In this document: one piece after another, positions 9,562-18,706 of the stretch | How the letters are laid out: every line of letters begins with the position of its first letter | Numbering within the stretch: the stretch's first letter is position 1 | Assembly: GCA_963727445.1 (NCBI GenBank) | Contig: CAVSGI010000015.1 | Coordinates: 384,001 to 448,000 of the forward strand | Length of the DNA: 64,000 bases | From: an uncultured delta proteobacterium | GTDB taxonomy: Bacteria > Myxococcota_A > Polyangia > Polyangiales > B10-G4 | Reading direction: 5' to 3' | Program-made: the position numbers and the translations under genes | Notes under the pieces: model-generated | What the model was told of the DNA's origin: nothing | What the model saw: the letters and a program-made list of their open reading frames with translations, nothing else | The model's database searches: none

Positions 9562-11190
9562 ATGTCCCGAACGACGCTCGCCTTTTCTTTGATCGCCCTT
9601 CTCGTCGCCAGCGCTTGCGGTGACGACAGCACCGCCTCGGATGGCGGAATGGACGCGACAGCCGACGCCATGGGCGACGGCGGGGGAGGGGACACCTCGC
9701 TTCCCGACGGCGGTGGTGACACGAGCGTTCCGCCGGGTGACGGCGGCGGTGACACCAGCGTTCCGCCGGGCGACGGCGGCGGTGACACGAGCGTTCCGCC
9801 GGGTGACGGTGGCGCGGACTCCTCCATGGCCTGCGGCGACATCGGCATGGCCTGCTGCGCCGGGGGCAGCTGCACCAGCGGCACCTGCGTCGGCGGGATG
9901 TGCACCGACTGCGGTGCGCCTGGCGGCGGCTGCTGCCCGGGCGGGGGGTGCAACACCGGCGCGACCTGCGCGGGTGGCACTTGCGTCGTCTGCGGAGATC
10001 CGGGCACGGCGTGCTGCGACCTCGGCGTGTGCAGCGGCAGCGGCTGCTGCGTGGACGGCACCTGCACGGGCGCAGGCTCGACCTGCCCCGGCGTCATGGG
10101 GACCTGCATGGACTCGAGCTGCGGCGGCTGCGGCGCCGCGGGCGAGGCTTGCTGCGCCGGTCGCATCTGCACGGCGCCCTCGACGGAGTGCAACGGCGGC
10201 GGCGCGGGCACCTGCGAGGCTTGCGGCGGGCTCGGCGAGAGCTGTTGTGCGGGTGGCGGGTGTGACACCGGTGGCGTCTGCGCCGGCGGGACCTGCGTGG
10301 CATGCGGCGGCGACGGGGAGCCCTGCTGCTCGGGGCGCTCCTGCGATACGGGCTGCTGCGACGTGCGCACCGGGCCGGACATCTGCGTCGCCACGGGCAC
10401 TGATTGCACGGTGGGCACCTGTGGCTCTTCGGGCATGTGCGAGGTCTGCGGTGCGCCGGGCTCGCCTTGCTGTGCCGGGGACACGTGTGACGGCGGCGGC
10501 TGCTGCGACAGCGGGAGCTGCGTGGCCTCGGGCACCGCGGTGGGCACGCAGGTCTGCTCGGCCGGAACGGTCGTGGACTGTGGTGGCTCGGGCGAGCCGT
10601 GCTGCGACGGCGCGACTTCGTGCGCGGCGGGTGGGTGCTGCATCGACGGCACCTGTGTGGACGATGGCGCGACCTGTCCCGGCTTCGGTGGCGGCGGCGG
10701 TGCCACCTGCACCAGCGGCTCGTGTGTGACCGCCGGCGGGGGCGGGACGACCTGCGGCGGTATCGGTGAGGACTGCTGCGGCTTCGCCAACTACTGCACG
10801 GTGAGCGGCGCGGTCTGCGTCAACAATCCCTTCCCCACGCCCGACTCCTGTGAGGCGTGTGGTGGGGACGGCGAGGCGTGCTGCCCGGGTCAGGCCTGTG
10901 GTGGCGCGGGGAGCTGCTGCGTCGACGGCATGTGCGTCGCGAACGGCGACTCCTGCGGCGGCGGCGCGGGCACCTGCGTCGACGGAGGCTGCTCCGGCGG
11001 CACCTGCGGACGTCTCGGCGGCACCTGCTGCGGCGGCGGCCTCGGCTGCACCGAGTCCTTCACCATCTGTACCGGCGGCTTCGGCGGCAGCTGCGTCAGC
11101 TGCGGCGGCGAGGGCCAGCCCTGCTGCAGCGGCTGCGCCGATCCCTATCGCTGCACGGGTGGCTTCGGCGCGACCTGCGAGGCGCCTTAA
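9562..11190 (+). CDS. Cys/Gly-rich repeat lipoprotein
   Basis: Lipobox SAC-GDD, Asp/Gly linker, then 12 copies of CGxxGxxCC; GGAGGA upstream of ATG 9562. Confidence 0.8.
   Translation: MSRTTLAFSLIALLVASACGDDSTASDGGMDATADAMGDGGGGDTSLPDGGGDTSVPPGDGGGDTSVPPGDGGGDTSVPPGDGGADSSMACGDIGMACCAGGSCTSGTCVGGMCTDCGAPGGGCCPGGGCNTGATCAGGTCVVCGDPGTACCDLGVCSGSGCCVDGTCTGAGSTCPGVMGTCMDSSCGGCGAAGEACCAGRICTAPSTECNGGGAGTCEACGGLGESCCAGGGCDTGGVCAGGTCVACGGDGEPCCSGRSCDTGCCDVRTGPDICVATGTDCTVGTCGSSGMCEVCGAPGSPCCAGDTCDGGGCCDSGSCVASGTAVGTQVCSAGTVVDCGGSGEPCCDGATSCAAGGCCIDGTCVDDGATCPGFGGGGGATCTSGSCVTAGGGGTTCGGIGEDCCGFANYCTVSGAVCVNNPFPTPDSCEACGGDGEACCPGQACGGAGSCCVDGMCVANGDSCGGGAGTCVDGGCSGGTCGRLGGTCCGGGLGCTESFTICTGGFGGSCVSCGGEGQPCCSGCADPYRCTGGFGATCEAP
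9709..9807 (+). repeat. 33-bp coding tandem repeat x3 (GGGDTSVPPGD)
   Basis: ggcggYggtgacacSagcgttccgccgggYgac three times in tandem. Confidence 0.9.
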
Positions 11191-11214
11191 TCGTAGTCGG
11201 GGCTCCGCCCCAAC

Positions 11215-11242
11215 CGACAGGGGGGACAAGCCCCCCCTGTCG
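11215..11242 (+). terminator. GC-rich hairpin just downstream of the Cys-rich lipoprotein gene (possible terminator)
   Basis: cgacagggggg-acaagc-cccccctgtcg, 11-bp perfect stem 25 nt after the stop; no U-tract, and it may simply belong to the repeat element. Confidence 0.35.
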
Positions 11243-11407
11243 CCTCGCGCTTCGCGCTGCTCTCACGTCTGCCCGCCCGGTGTGGAACAGATGGGCTCGC
11301 CATACTCATTGGCAATGATCTGATGGTCTGCGGGCAGCGTTCGGCCCCCCCTCGGCGCCTGCTCAGCTCACCTGGACGGAGTGGAGCGTTGCGAAGCGGA
11401 CGCAGGC

Positions 11408-11885
11408 CTAACGGGGACGGTCTACACTTTTCAACTTTCGCCCCGCCCGCCGGGTTCCATCCCGCATGCGGGCTAACGGGGACTGCGGGCTAACGGGGAC
11501 GGCTAACGGGGACCGCGGCTAACGGGGACGGTCTACACTTTTCAACTTTCGACCCGCCGGCCCGGGTTCCATCCCGCATGCGGGCTAACGGGGACGGTCT
11601 ACACTTTTCAACTTTCGCCCCGCCGGCCCGGGTTCCATCCCGCATGCGCGCGACCCAGCGAAAGTTGAAAAGTGTAGACCGTCCCCATCAAGCGGTCCTC
11701 CCCATCAAGCGGTCCCCATCAAGCGCTTCCCTATCCGCATGCGCGCGACCCAGCGAAAGTTGAAAAGTGTAGACCGTCCCCATCAAGCGGTCCTCCCCAT
11801 CAAGCGGTCCCCATCAAGCGCTTCCCTATCCGCATGCGCGCGACCCAGCGAAAGTTGAAAAGTGTAGACCGTCCCCATCAAGCGC
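11408..11885. repeat. REP/REPIN-like array of a 28-bp unit GGGGACGGTCTACACTTTTCAACTTTCG
   Basis: Forward copies 11413-11440, 11524-11551, 11590-11617; inverted copies 11659-11686, 11754-11781, 11849-11876 (95-bp period); flank fragments ctaacggggac x6 and ccccatcaagcg x7. Confidence 0.88.
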
Positions 11886-12281
11886 TCCTCGGTAACCCGG
11901 ACGGAGTGGAGCGTTGCGAAGCAACGCGAACCGGGCGCCGTGAGGCGCGCGAGGGGGTGCGAACGCTGCCCGCAGGGGTCCCGGACAATTCAGAGATGGA
12001 CCTTCTGGGTCAGTCTCAAACACAGTTGCCGGGCAGACGTGAGAGCCGAGCGCGAAGCGCGAGGCGACGAGGGGCCCCCTCAGGGGTGTCGGCGCAGCCC
12101 CTGACCTCAACTAAACATATCCGGCCCCCGCCCAGCGTCCCCGCAAGCACGCTCGCGAAGCGAGCCGCGCGCACGCCAACGCCCTTCCTTCAAACTGAGC
12201 GAGCGCAGCGAGGCGCGCTCATCGCCCACTCCGTCCAGGCAACCTGCTCAGAGAGCAAACCGCGCCTGCCGCCGCAGCGAG

Positions 12282-13067
12282 CTACTCGCAGACCTCCCAC
12301 GCTCGGCTGGCCGCTGCGCCCGCTGCGCCCACGTCTACGCCGCCTGGCAGCGCTTCGAAGGCGCTCCGCGCATCGGCGACGGGGCCGTCGAGGGACTCGA
12401 GGGCCGCGACGACCGCGAGGCTGGCGTCCTTCGCCTGTCGGGCGCTGGCGCGCGCTTCTTCGTAGGCGGTGAAGGCTGCGGTGACGCGGGCCATGTCGGT
12501 GGAGGCGTCGGGTGCACTCTCCGCCGCCTGGATGGCGGTGTAGCGTGCCAGGACGGCGCCGCGGGTCTCGGTGGGAAGGTCGCGGACCAGGTTCTGTAGA
12601 TCCGTGGAGCATCCGTCGCCCAGCTCTGTCAGTCGGGACGCCGCGTCCGCGCCCGCCGCGTCCAGGGTCATCAGCTCGCGATAGCGCCCCTCGAGCTCGG
12701 TCCGCGCCGCCGTAGCCATCCGGTCGGCGGCTTCCGCGTCGGTCTCGGCCAGGCGCTCGGTGGCGAGGAGCGTCGCCATCATCGCGCCGACGCTCACCTC
12801 GACCCCGACGGCGCCGTCCTGCTCCTGGCCGATCGCGGCGACTACCGCGTCACTCCGCAGGTTGCCCAGATCCATCACCGCGCTGCTGAGGGCGTCCATC
12901 GCTTCACCTCGCGCGCGCGCCGCTTCCTCGGCGCTCGTCCGCGCCGCGTCGGCCGCCGCGCGAAGCCCTTCGCGCATCTCGGTCTTCGCCGCCTCGCACT
13001 TCTCTTCGTTGCTCTCGCAGCCCGCGACCACCGCCGCCAGCGCGAGGATCGAGATCAGCTCACGCAT
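12282..13067 (-). CDS. Hypothetical helical lipoprotein
   Basis: MRELISILALAAVVAGC lipoprotein signal; Ala/Glu-rich helical body; Cys near both ends. Confidence 0.65.
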   Translation of the reverse strand: MRELISILALAAVVAGCESNEEKCEAAKTEMREGLRAAADAARTSAEEAARARGEAMDALSSAVMDLGNLRSDAVVAAIGQEQDGAVGVEVSVGAMMATLLATERLAETDAEAADRMATAARTELEGRYRELMTLDAAGADAASRLTELGDGCSTDLQNLVRDLPTETRGAVLARYTAIQAAESAPDASTDMARVTAAFTAYEEARASARQAKDASLAVVAALESLDGPVADARSAFEALPGGVDVGAAGAAASRAWEVCE

Positions 13068-13141
13068 CCGCACCCCCACGCGTCGAGACTACCATCATCT
13101 CCGCCGGCCCCCATGGGGGCCGTTCGCTGCGCAAACCCTCT

Positions 13142-14893
13142 CTACTCTCCCGCCGGCATCCCCCCCTTCCGCGGATCGCTCACGGCGATCAGGCGGGGGG
13201 AGCCGTCTCGGTTGATGCGAATCAGCTGCACGACCGCGCTGTGACGGGCGACGGTGATGTGGTGGCCGCGGGCGACGAGGCCTTCGACGACGCTCTCGGG
13301 CTGTGGGTTCGTCTCTTCGATGCGCAGCTCGTTGGGGTAGCCCTGATGGTGAACGCGGGGATGGTTCAAGGCTTCGTAGGGGTCGACGCCGCGCACCAGC
13401 GTGTGCCACGCGACCTGCTCGGTCGCGGTCACGATGCGGCTGCCGCCCGACGCGCCGATGCAGAGCACCGGGCCCTGATCGTCGAAGACGATCGTCGGCG
13501 ACATGGTCGACACCGGGCGGTGGCCGGGACCGGGGAGGTTGGGGGCGCCGCCAGGCAGGCCGAAGGCGTTCGCTTCGCCGATCCCGCTCGCGAAGTCGTC
13601 CATCTCGTCGTTCATCACGATGCCCGCCGCCGTGAAGCGCGCGCCGAAAGGCAGGTTCACGGTGGTGGTCACGGCCGCGACGTTGCCCTCCTCGTCGACG
13701 ACGCACAGATGCGAGGTGCCGTGCTCCTCGGGCGGGCTCGGCGGACCGGCCGGCGGATCGGGAAGCGGCAGCGCATAGAGGTCGGCGTGGGTCGCGACCT
13801 GACGCCGGAAGACGTCACTGCGCCGCGCCGTCCGCGCCTCCTCGAGGAGCGCTGTCACCGGCACGTCGACGTAGTCGGGATCGCCGAAGTAGCTCGCCCG
13901 ATCCCAGAAGGGTCCCTTCCACGACTCGGCGAAGGCGTGGAAGAGCGCGGCGTCGGCCGGGCCGCGGCGGCGGGACGCGCCCACCCACCGGTCGAGGAGC
14001 GAGAGGCTCGCCAGCATTGTGTAGCCACCGGCGCTCGGCGGCGGCGCCGTGACCCAGCGGTGACCGAGCAGGTTCGCCGAGAGGGGCTCGCGCTCCACCA
14101 CCGCGTAGTCGGCCAGGTCCTCGAGGGTGATGATCCCGCCGTTTCGCCGGCTCGCAGCGACGATGGCGCGCGCCACCCGCCCTTCGTAGATCGCGGGCGC
14201 TCCCCGCGCACCGAACTCGCGCAGCGTTCGCGCCAGCTCCGGGTTCCGGATCCGCTGACCGACCGCGATCCCTTCAGCCCCCGCCCCGATCCAGCGCCGC
14301 ATCACCGGATCGCGCCGCAGGTGCTCGGCGAAGGCGACGCTCATGCGGGAGAGCGCTTCGTGCGCTTCGAAGCCGTCGCCGGCGAGGCGCGCCGCCGGGG
14401 CGGCCGCGACGGAGAGGGGCTTGTCGCCGAAGCGGCGCACGAGCTCCGCGATGCCCGCGGGCTCGCCGAGCACCCCAGCCGCCAGCCCGCCCAGCTGTGA
14501 CTTCTTGCTGGCCGGCCCGCCCTGCGACTCGTTGTCGGCGTACATGTCCGGCGTCGCGCCGCCGGGGGCGCGCTCGCGGAAGTCGAGGAAGGTGAGCTCC
14601 CCCGATTCGGCGTCGTAGTAGAGAGCGAAGCCGCCACCGCCCATCCCGCTCGACTGCGGATTGACCACACCGAGGGCGAGCATCGTCGCCGCCGCCGCGT
14701 CCGCCGCGTTGCCGCCTTGTTGCAGGACCTCGAGGCCCGCGTTCGACGCCAGGGGATGATCCGAAGCCACCGCGAAGCGCTCGTAAGCGCCACGTGTCGG
14801 TGCGTCCGGCGTGTCGGTCCCGGCGAGGACCAGCGACAGGAGCGCGATGCAGAGGGCGACGAAGAGCGGCGGGATTCGACGGTGGCGGGCCAT
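13142..14893 (-). CDS. ggt: Gamma-glutamyltransferase
   Basis: GGNAADAA, SSGMGGGGF, LDFRERAP, autocleavage site HG-TSHLCVVD, NDEMDDF, RPVSTMSP, GASGGSRI, SDPRKGG; N-terminal signal peptide. Confidence 0.95.
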   Translation of the reverse strand: MARHRRIPPLFVALCIALLSLVLAGTDTPDAPTRGAYERFAVASDHPLASNAGLEVLQQGGNAADAAAATMLALGVVNPQSSGMGGGGFALYYDAESGELTFLDFRERAPGGATPDMYADNESQGGPASKKSQLGGLAAGVLGEPAGIAELVRRFGDKPLSVAAAPAARLAGDGFEAHEALSRMSVAFAEHLRRDPVMRRWIGAGAEGIAVGQRIRNPELARTLREFGARGAPAIYEGRVARAIVAASRRNGGIITLEDLADYAVVEREPLSANLLGHRWVTAPPPSAGGYTMLASLSLLDRWVGASRRRGPADAALFHAFAESWKGPFWDRASYFGDPDYVDVPVTALLEEARTARRSDVFRRQVATHADLYALPLPDPPAGPPSPPEEHGTSHLCVVDEEGNVAAVTTTVNLPFGARFTAAGIVMNDEMDDFASGIGEANAFGLPGGAPNLPGPGHRPVSTMSPTIVFDDQGPVLCIGASGGSRIVTATEQVAWHTLVRGVDPYEALNHPRVHHQGYPNELRIEETNPQPESVVEGLVARGHHITVARHSAVVQLIRINRDGSPRLIAVSDPRKGGMPAGE

Positions 14894-14911
14894 GTCCGCG
14901 CACCCTACCGA

Positions 14912-16006
14912 TCACTGCGTCAGGAAGAAAGCCGACGCCACGGCCAGCAGCGCGAAGAGGAGCGCGGCCCAGATCCAAGGCGGCGTGGCGCGCGGCGCCG
15001 AGGCCAGCTCCTCGTCAGTGACTGGCGCCTCTTTCGCTGGCTTCGCCGGTGCCGTGGGCCGCCCGGAGAGGGTCGAGGCAGCGTTTGGAGGCGCTGGCGT
15101 GGTGGGGCGAACGAGGAATTCCCGGACGACCCGGCTCATCTCTTCTGCGAGCTCATCCGCGGTCTGGTAGCGAAGCTCCCTTTCGTGATGCATCGCTTTG
15201 GCGACCACTGCCTCCAGCGATTTCGGGAGCTCGGGCCGGTGCGTTCTGAGGCGTGGGTAGTCGCCCGTGAGGATCGCCTGCACCACCTCCATGTGCGGCT
15301 TGCGCTCCGCTTCTTCGCCCGTGGGCTTGAAGGGGTGGACGCCGGTGAGCGCTTCGTAGACGACGACGCCGACCGAGTACACGTCCGCGCGACGGTCGAC
15401 GTCGGGGTCTCCGCGGAGCTGCTCGGGTGCCATGTACTGGAAGGTGCCCACCGCGCCCCCCGTGACCGTCAGCTTTCGGCCGCCCGCCACCTTGGCGACC
15501 CCGAAGTCCACGAGCTTCACCATGGACTCGGCCCCCTCGAGGGACAGGCTCTTCTCTGGACCCGCCGGTAGGAAGACGTTCGAAGGCTTGACGTCGCGGT
15601 GCACCACGTCTTGAGCGTGCGCCGCGCTGAGCGCACCGCAGAGGCCCTGCACCACCGGGATCAGCAGCTGAAGGGGCATCCGCCCTTCACGGAGCACGAA
15701 GCTCTTCAGCGTCTCGCCCTCGAGTCGTTCGAGGGCGATGTAGAAGACCCCGTCCGGAAGGGTGCCGGCCTCCTTCACGCCCACCACCGCCGGGTGGTCG
15801 ATCTTCTGCAGCACCTGCGCCTCGCGCTTGAAGCGCTCGAGGAGGTGCTCGTCGTCCGCGAAGGCCGACCGCATCACCTTGAGCGCCACCTCCGAGCCGT
15901 CTTCGAGGTCGGTCGCGGCCAGGACCGCGCCCATGCCGCCCTTGCCCAACACCCCATCGATGCGGAACCGTTCTCCGACGATCTCGCCCTTGCCGAGATC
16001 CGTCAT
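14912..16006 (-). CDS. Hanks-type Ser/Thr protein kinase with C-terminal membrane anchor
   Basis: LGKGGMGAV, VALK, HRDVKPSN, DFG, GTFQYMAPE, DVYSVG; hydrophobic C-terminus. Confidence 0.93.
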   Translation of the reverse strand: MTDLGKGEIVGERFRIDGVLGKGGMGAVLAATDLEDGSEVALKVMRSAFADDEHLLERFKREAQVLQKIDHPAVVGVKEAGTLPDGVFYIALERLEGETLKSFVLREGRMPLQLLIPVVQGLCGALSAAHAQDVVHRDVKPSNVFLPAGPEKSLSLEGAESMVKLVDFGVAKVAGGRKLTVTGGAVGTFQYMAPEQLRGDPDVDRRADVYSVGVVVYEALTGVHPFKPTGEEAERKPHMEVVQAILTGDYPRLRTHRPELPKSLEAVVAKAMHHERELRYQTADELAEEMSRVVREFLVRPTTPAPPNAASTLSGRPTAPAKPAKEAPVTDEELASAPRATPPWIWAALLFALLAVASAFFLTQ

Positions 16007-16076
16007 CCTCACCGGCCGCATTCGACCTTATTACCACCCTCCCGGACCGGCCAGCCAGGCACTATGCTTTCGAGCG

Positions 16077-17031
16077 ATGCGGATCGTTTTCGTCATGGAC
16101 CCACCGTCGACGGTCATCGTCGACGAGGACACCACCTTCGGGATCATGCTCGCCGCCCAGGCGCGCGGGCATCGCATCGATTACTGCCGCGTCCAAGACG
16201 TCTGGCTCGAGCAGGATCGGCCCGTCGCCGCCGTGCGAAAGGCGGTCGCGTCGCGCGACGCCGAGAGCCCGCTCACACTCGGCGCCGTGGAGGAGCTCCC
16301 TCTGGCCGAGGCCGACGTGGTCTTCGTGCGGAAGGACCCACCCTTCGACAGTCCCTACTTGTGGCTCACCTTGATCCTCGAGCATCTGCGGGACGACCGG
16401 ACCCTGGTCGTGAACGACCCCCGGGCGCTTCGCGACGCCAACGAGAAGCTCTACGCCCACCACTTCCCCGAGTACATGCCGAAAACCCTCGTGGTCTCGG
16501 ACGAGGGGCGCATTCGACGTTTCCTCGAAGAGCTCGAAGGCAGAGAAGCGATCATCAAGCCGGTGGACGGGCATGGGGGCGCCAGCGTCTACGCCATCGG
16601 GCTCGGCGGCCGAAACTTCCGCGGGCTCGTCGAGGCGGTGACCCACGGCGGCCGGCGCGTGGCCATCGTCCAGGAGCTGATCCCCGAGGTCACCCAAGGT
16701 GACAAGCGGATCCTCCTCCTCGAGGGTGAGCCCCTGGGCGCCATCCTCCGGGTCCCCACCGGCGGCGACGTCCGCAGCAACATCCACGTCGGCGGCCAGG
16801 TCGTCGCCACCGAGCTGACCGAGCGGGAGCGGGAGATTCTGCGCCGCCATGGGGCCGCGGCTCCGCGACGACGGCCTCTTCTTCGTGGGGATCGACGTGA
16901 TCGGCCCCTACCTCACGGAGGTCAACGTCACGAGCCCCACGGGCATCCAGCAGGCGTCGCGCCTGAGCGGTCAGGACCTCGAGACGCGCGTGGTCGAGGC
17001 CCTCGAAGCGCGGGTGGCTTCACGGAGCTGA
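16077..17031 (+). CDS. gshB: Glutathione synthetase (apparent +1 frameshift near 16837-16838)
   Basis: [35 protein letters not shown] in one frame, then [22 protein letters not shown] in the +1 frame; removing one T gives [12 protein letters not shown] and a 317-aa protein. Confidence 0.9.
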
Positions 17032-17045
17032 CCAGGGCCGCAATT

Positions 17046-17083
17046 GAAAACGGCGCCGTCGCGGATGCGACGACGCCGTCTTC
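17046..17083 (-). terminator. Rho-independent terminator between convergent gshB and the small lipoprotein gene
   Basis: Minus strand: cggcgtcgtcgc-atcc-gcgacggcgccg (12-bp stem, one G-U pair) followed by tttt. Confidence 0.6.
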
Positions 17084-17099
17084 GATACGAAAGTGAAGC

Positions 17100-17366
17100 T
17101 CAGAGGGCTTCGTCGTCGGTCGCCGCCTCGTCGGTGGCGCCTTCCTCGGCGGCCGGATCACCCATGCCGTCGTCGGTGGCGGCCTCGTCGCCGTAGCCGT
17201 CGTCGGCAGCCGGATCGCCGTAGGCGTCATCCGTGGCGGTCTCGTCGCCGGTGGTCATCGTGTCGTCGCTCTGGGACTCGGCAGCCTCGGACTCGGAGCC
17301 GCCGCCGCAGGCGGTGACGGAGAAGGCCAGCGCAGCGGCGATGAAAAGAGTGGAAAGGGTCTTCAT
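17100..17366 (-). CDS. Small highly acidic lipoprotein
   Basis: MKTLSTLFIAAALAFSVTAC-GGG signal with GAGG upstream; mature part is Asp/Glu-rich with DDxxGD(P/E)AA repeats. Confidence 0.8.
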   Translation of the reverse strand: MKTLSTLFIAAALAFSVTACGGGSESEAAESQSDDTMTTGDETATDDAYGDPAADDGYGDEAATDDGMGDPAAEEGATDEAATDDEAL

Positions 17367-17420
17367 GGAGTAACCTCGCTCGTGTTCTTTGGTGGCTTTC
17401 CCGGCCAAAGACAAAGCGTG

Positions 17421-17436
17421 AGCCAGGGGCGTGCCG
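17421..17436 (-). promoter_or_regulatory. Candidate sigma-54 (-24/-12) promoter
   Basis: Minus strand CGGCACGCCCCTGGCT has GG-N10-GC spacing with the GGCACG core, about 55 bp upstream of ATG 17366. Confidence 0.45.
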
Positions 17437-17584
17437 CACAGAAGCATTTCATCGTCGTCAATTGTCAGCGAATGTCGGCAGCGCTGGGAGCCAATGATAA
17501 CGGGCGTCTACCTCTCCTGAGGCCTGTCCATATCCGCTTTCGCTGCATTTCGATTCCCGACCTGCTCTGGCAGGATCCTCGTGC

Positions 17585-18697
17585 ATGAGCCTGGCAGGAC
17601 TCGCGGAGCTCGCGTACTGGCTCGGTCCCTGGACCTCCGATGACGGCGTGCCAGCGGACGTTCGCACCGAGGAAGAGCAGGTGCCGCCCGCGCTCGGTGC
17701 CGGCGCCGGGCGACCGATGCGTGCGCGCATCTATCGCCCCACCCGACGCGCGGCACAGGGGTCGCTCCTCGTGGTGCAGGGCCTTCATTACGCCGGCCCC
17801 GATGACCCGCGGATGGATCGCGTGGCGCGCATCCTCGCGGCGAGCGGCCTCGTCGTCTACGCGCCATTCCTTCCCGACTTCGCCGCGCTCCGCGTGGCGG
17901 AGACGTTGGTCACCGACACCGCGCGCGCCTTCGACCGCCTCGAGGCGCTACCCGCGCGTCCGCCGGGGCGCCCGGGGATCTTCAGCATCTCCTTCGGCTC
18001 GATGCCCGCGCTGCGCGTGGCCGCCGACCCCGAGCGCTCGTCGCGCGTCGGCGGGCTGCTCTGCTTCGGCGGCTACGCCGACTTCCGCGAGACGATCCGC
18101 TTCTGCCTCTGCGGTGGCGAGGGGCTGCCGCACGATCCGTTGAACCGCCCCGCGGTCTTCATCAACATCGTGGATGATCTCGAGGGCACCCCCGACGATC
18201 CGAGCCAGCTGCTCGCGGCCTGGGATCGCTTCGTACGTCGCACCTGGGGGCGCGTGGAGATGAAAGAAATGGCGCGCTACGCGCCGGTCGCCGAGGAGAT
18301 CGCCGAATCGCTACCCGAAGAGCAGCGGGCGCTCTTCCTGCAGGGCTGCGACGTCCTGCCCGGCGGTGAGGAGATCGGCGTGGCCGCGCTCGAGCGCGCC
18401 GCCGATCGCTTCGCCTACCTCGATCCCCGACCCCACCTCTCCACGCTCCGCTGCCCGGTCTACGTCGTCCACGGCCGAGACGACGACGTGATCCCCTACA
18501 CCCAGGCCGAGAAGATCCGCGCTGCCCTCCCCGCCCACATCCACTCCCGCGTCCTGCTCACCGGCCTCTACGCCCACACCGGCGGCACGGGCCTCCTCTC
18601 CTTCCTCCGCAAAGCCAGGCTCGTCCCCACCGAGCTCCGCTCCATGATCGGCATTCTCCAAGCCATCCATCGAACGGGGACGGACCCGAGAGGCTGA
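17585..18697 (+). CDS. Alpha/beta hydrolase-fold protein
   Basis: Nucleophile-elbow-like FSISFGS, VVHGRDDDVIP and downstream LYAH suggest a Ser-Asp-His triad. Confidence 0.7.
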   Translation: MSLAGLAELAYWLGPWTSDDGVPADVRTEEEQVPPALGAGAGRPMRARIYRPTRRAAQGSLLVVQGLHYAGPDDPRMDRVARILAASGLVVYAPFLPDFAALRVAETLVTDTARAFDRLEALPARPPGRPGIFSISFGSMPALRVAADPERSSRVGGLLCFGGYADFRETIRFCLCGGEGLPHDPLNRPAVFINIVDDLEGTPDDPSQLLAAWDRFVRRTWGRVEMKEMARYAPVAEEIAESLPEEQRALFLQGCDVLPGGEEIGVAALERAADRFAYLDPRPHLSTLRCPVYVVHGRDDDVIPYTQAEKIRAALPAHIHSRVLLTGLYAHTGGTGLLSFLRKARLVPTELRSMIGILQAIHRTGTDPRG

Positions 18698-18706
18698 CCC
18701 TCGTGC

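Larger units (their letters stand above)
11196..12105. repeat. Large non-coding nested imperfect inverted repeat
   Basis: 11239-11275 pairs with 12030-12068 (gtcgcctcgcgcttcgcgct..gctctcacgtctgcccg); 11328-11360 pairs with 11943-11975 (16-bp perfect core ctgcgggcagcgttcg); outer gtc-ggggctccgcc pairs with 12091-12105. Confidence 0.8.

Noticed and set aside
11408..11885. CRISPR array (28-bp repeats)
   Set aside because: Repeats occur in both orientations, the intervening sequences are themselves repeated rather than unique spacers, and no cas genes are present.
11578..12612. ORFs 11578-11763, 11826-12110, 11834-12472, 12190-12612
   Set aside because: They are translations of the repeat region or shadows of the 12282-13067 gene, with no recognisable domain.
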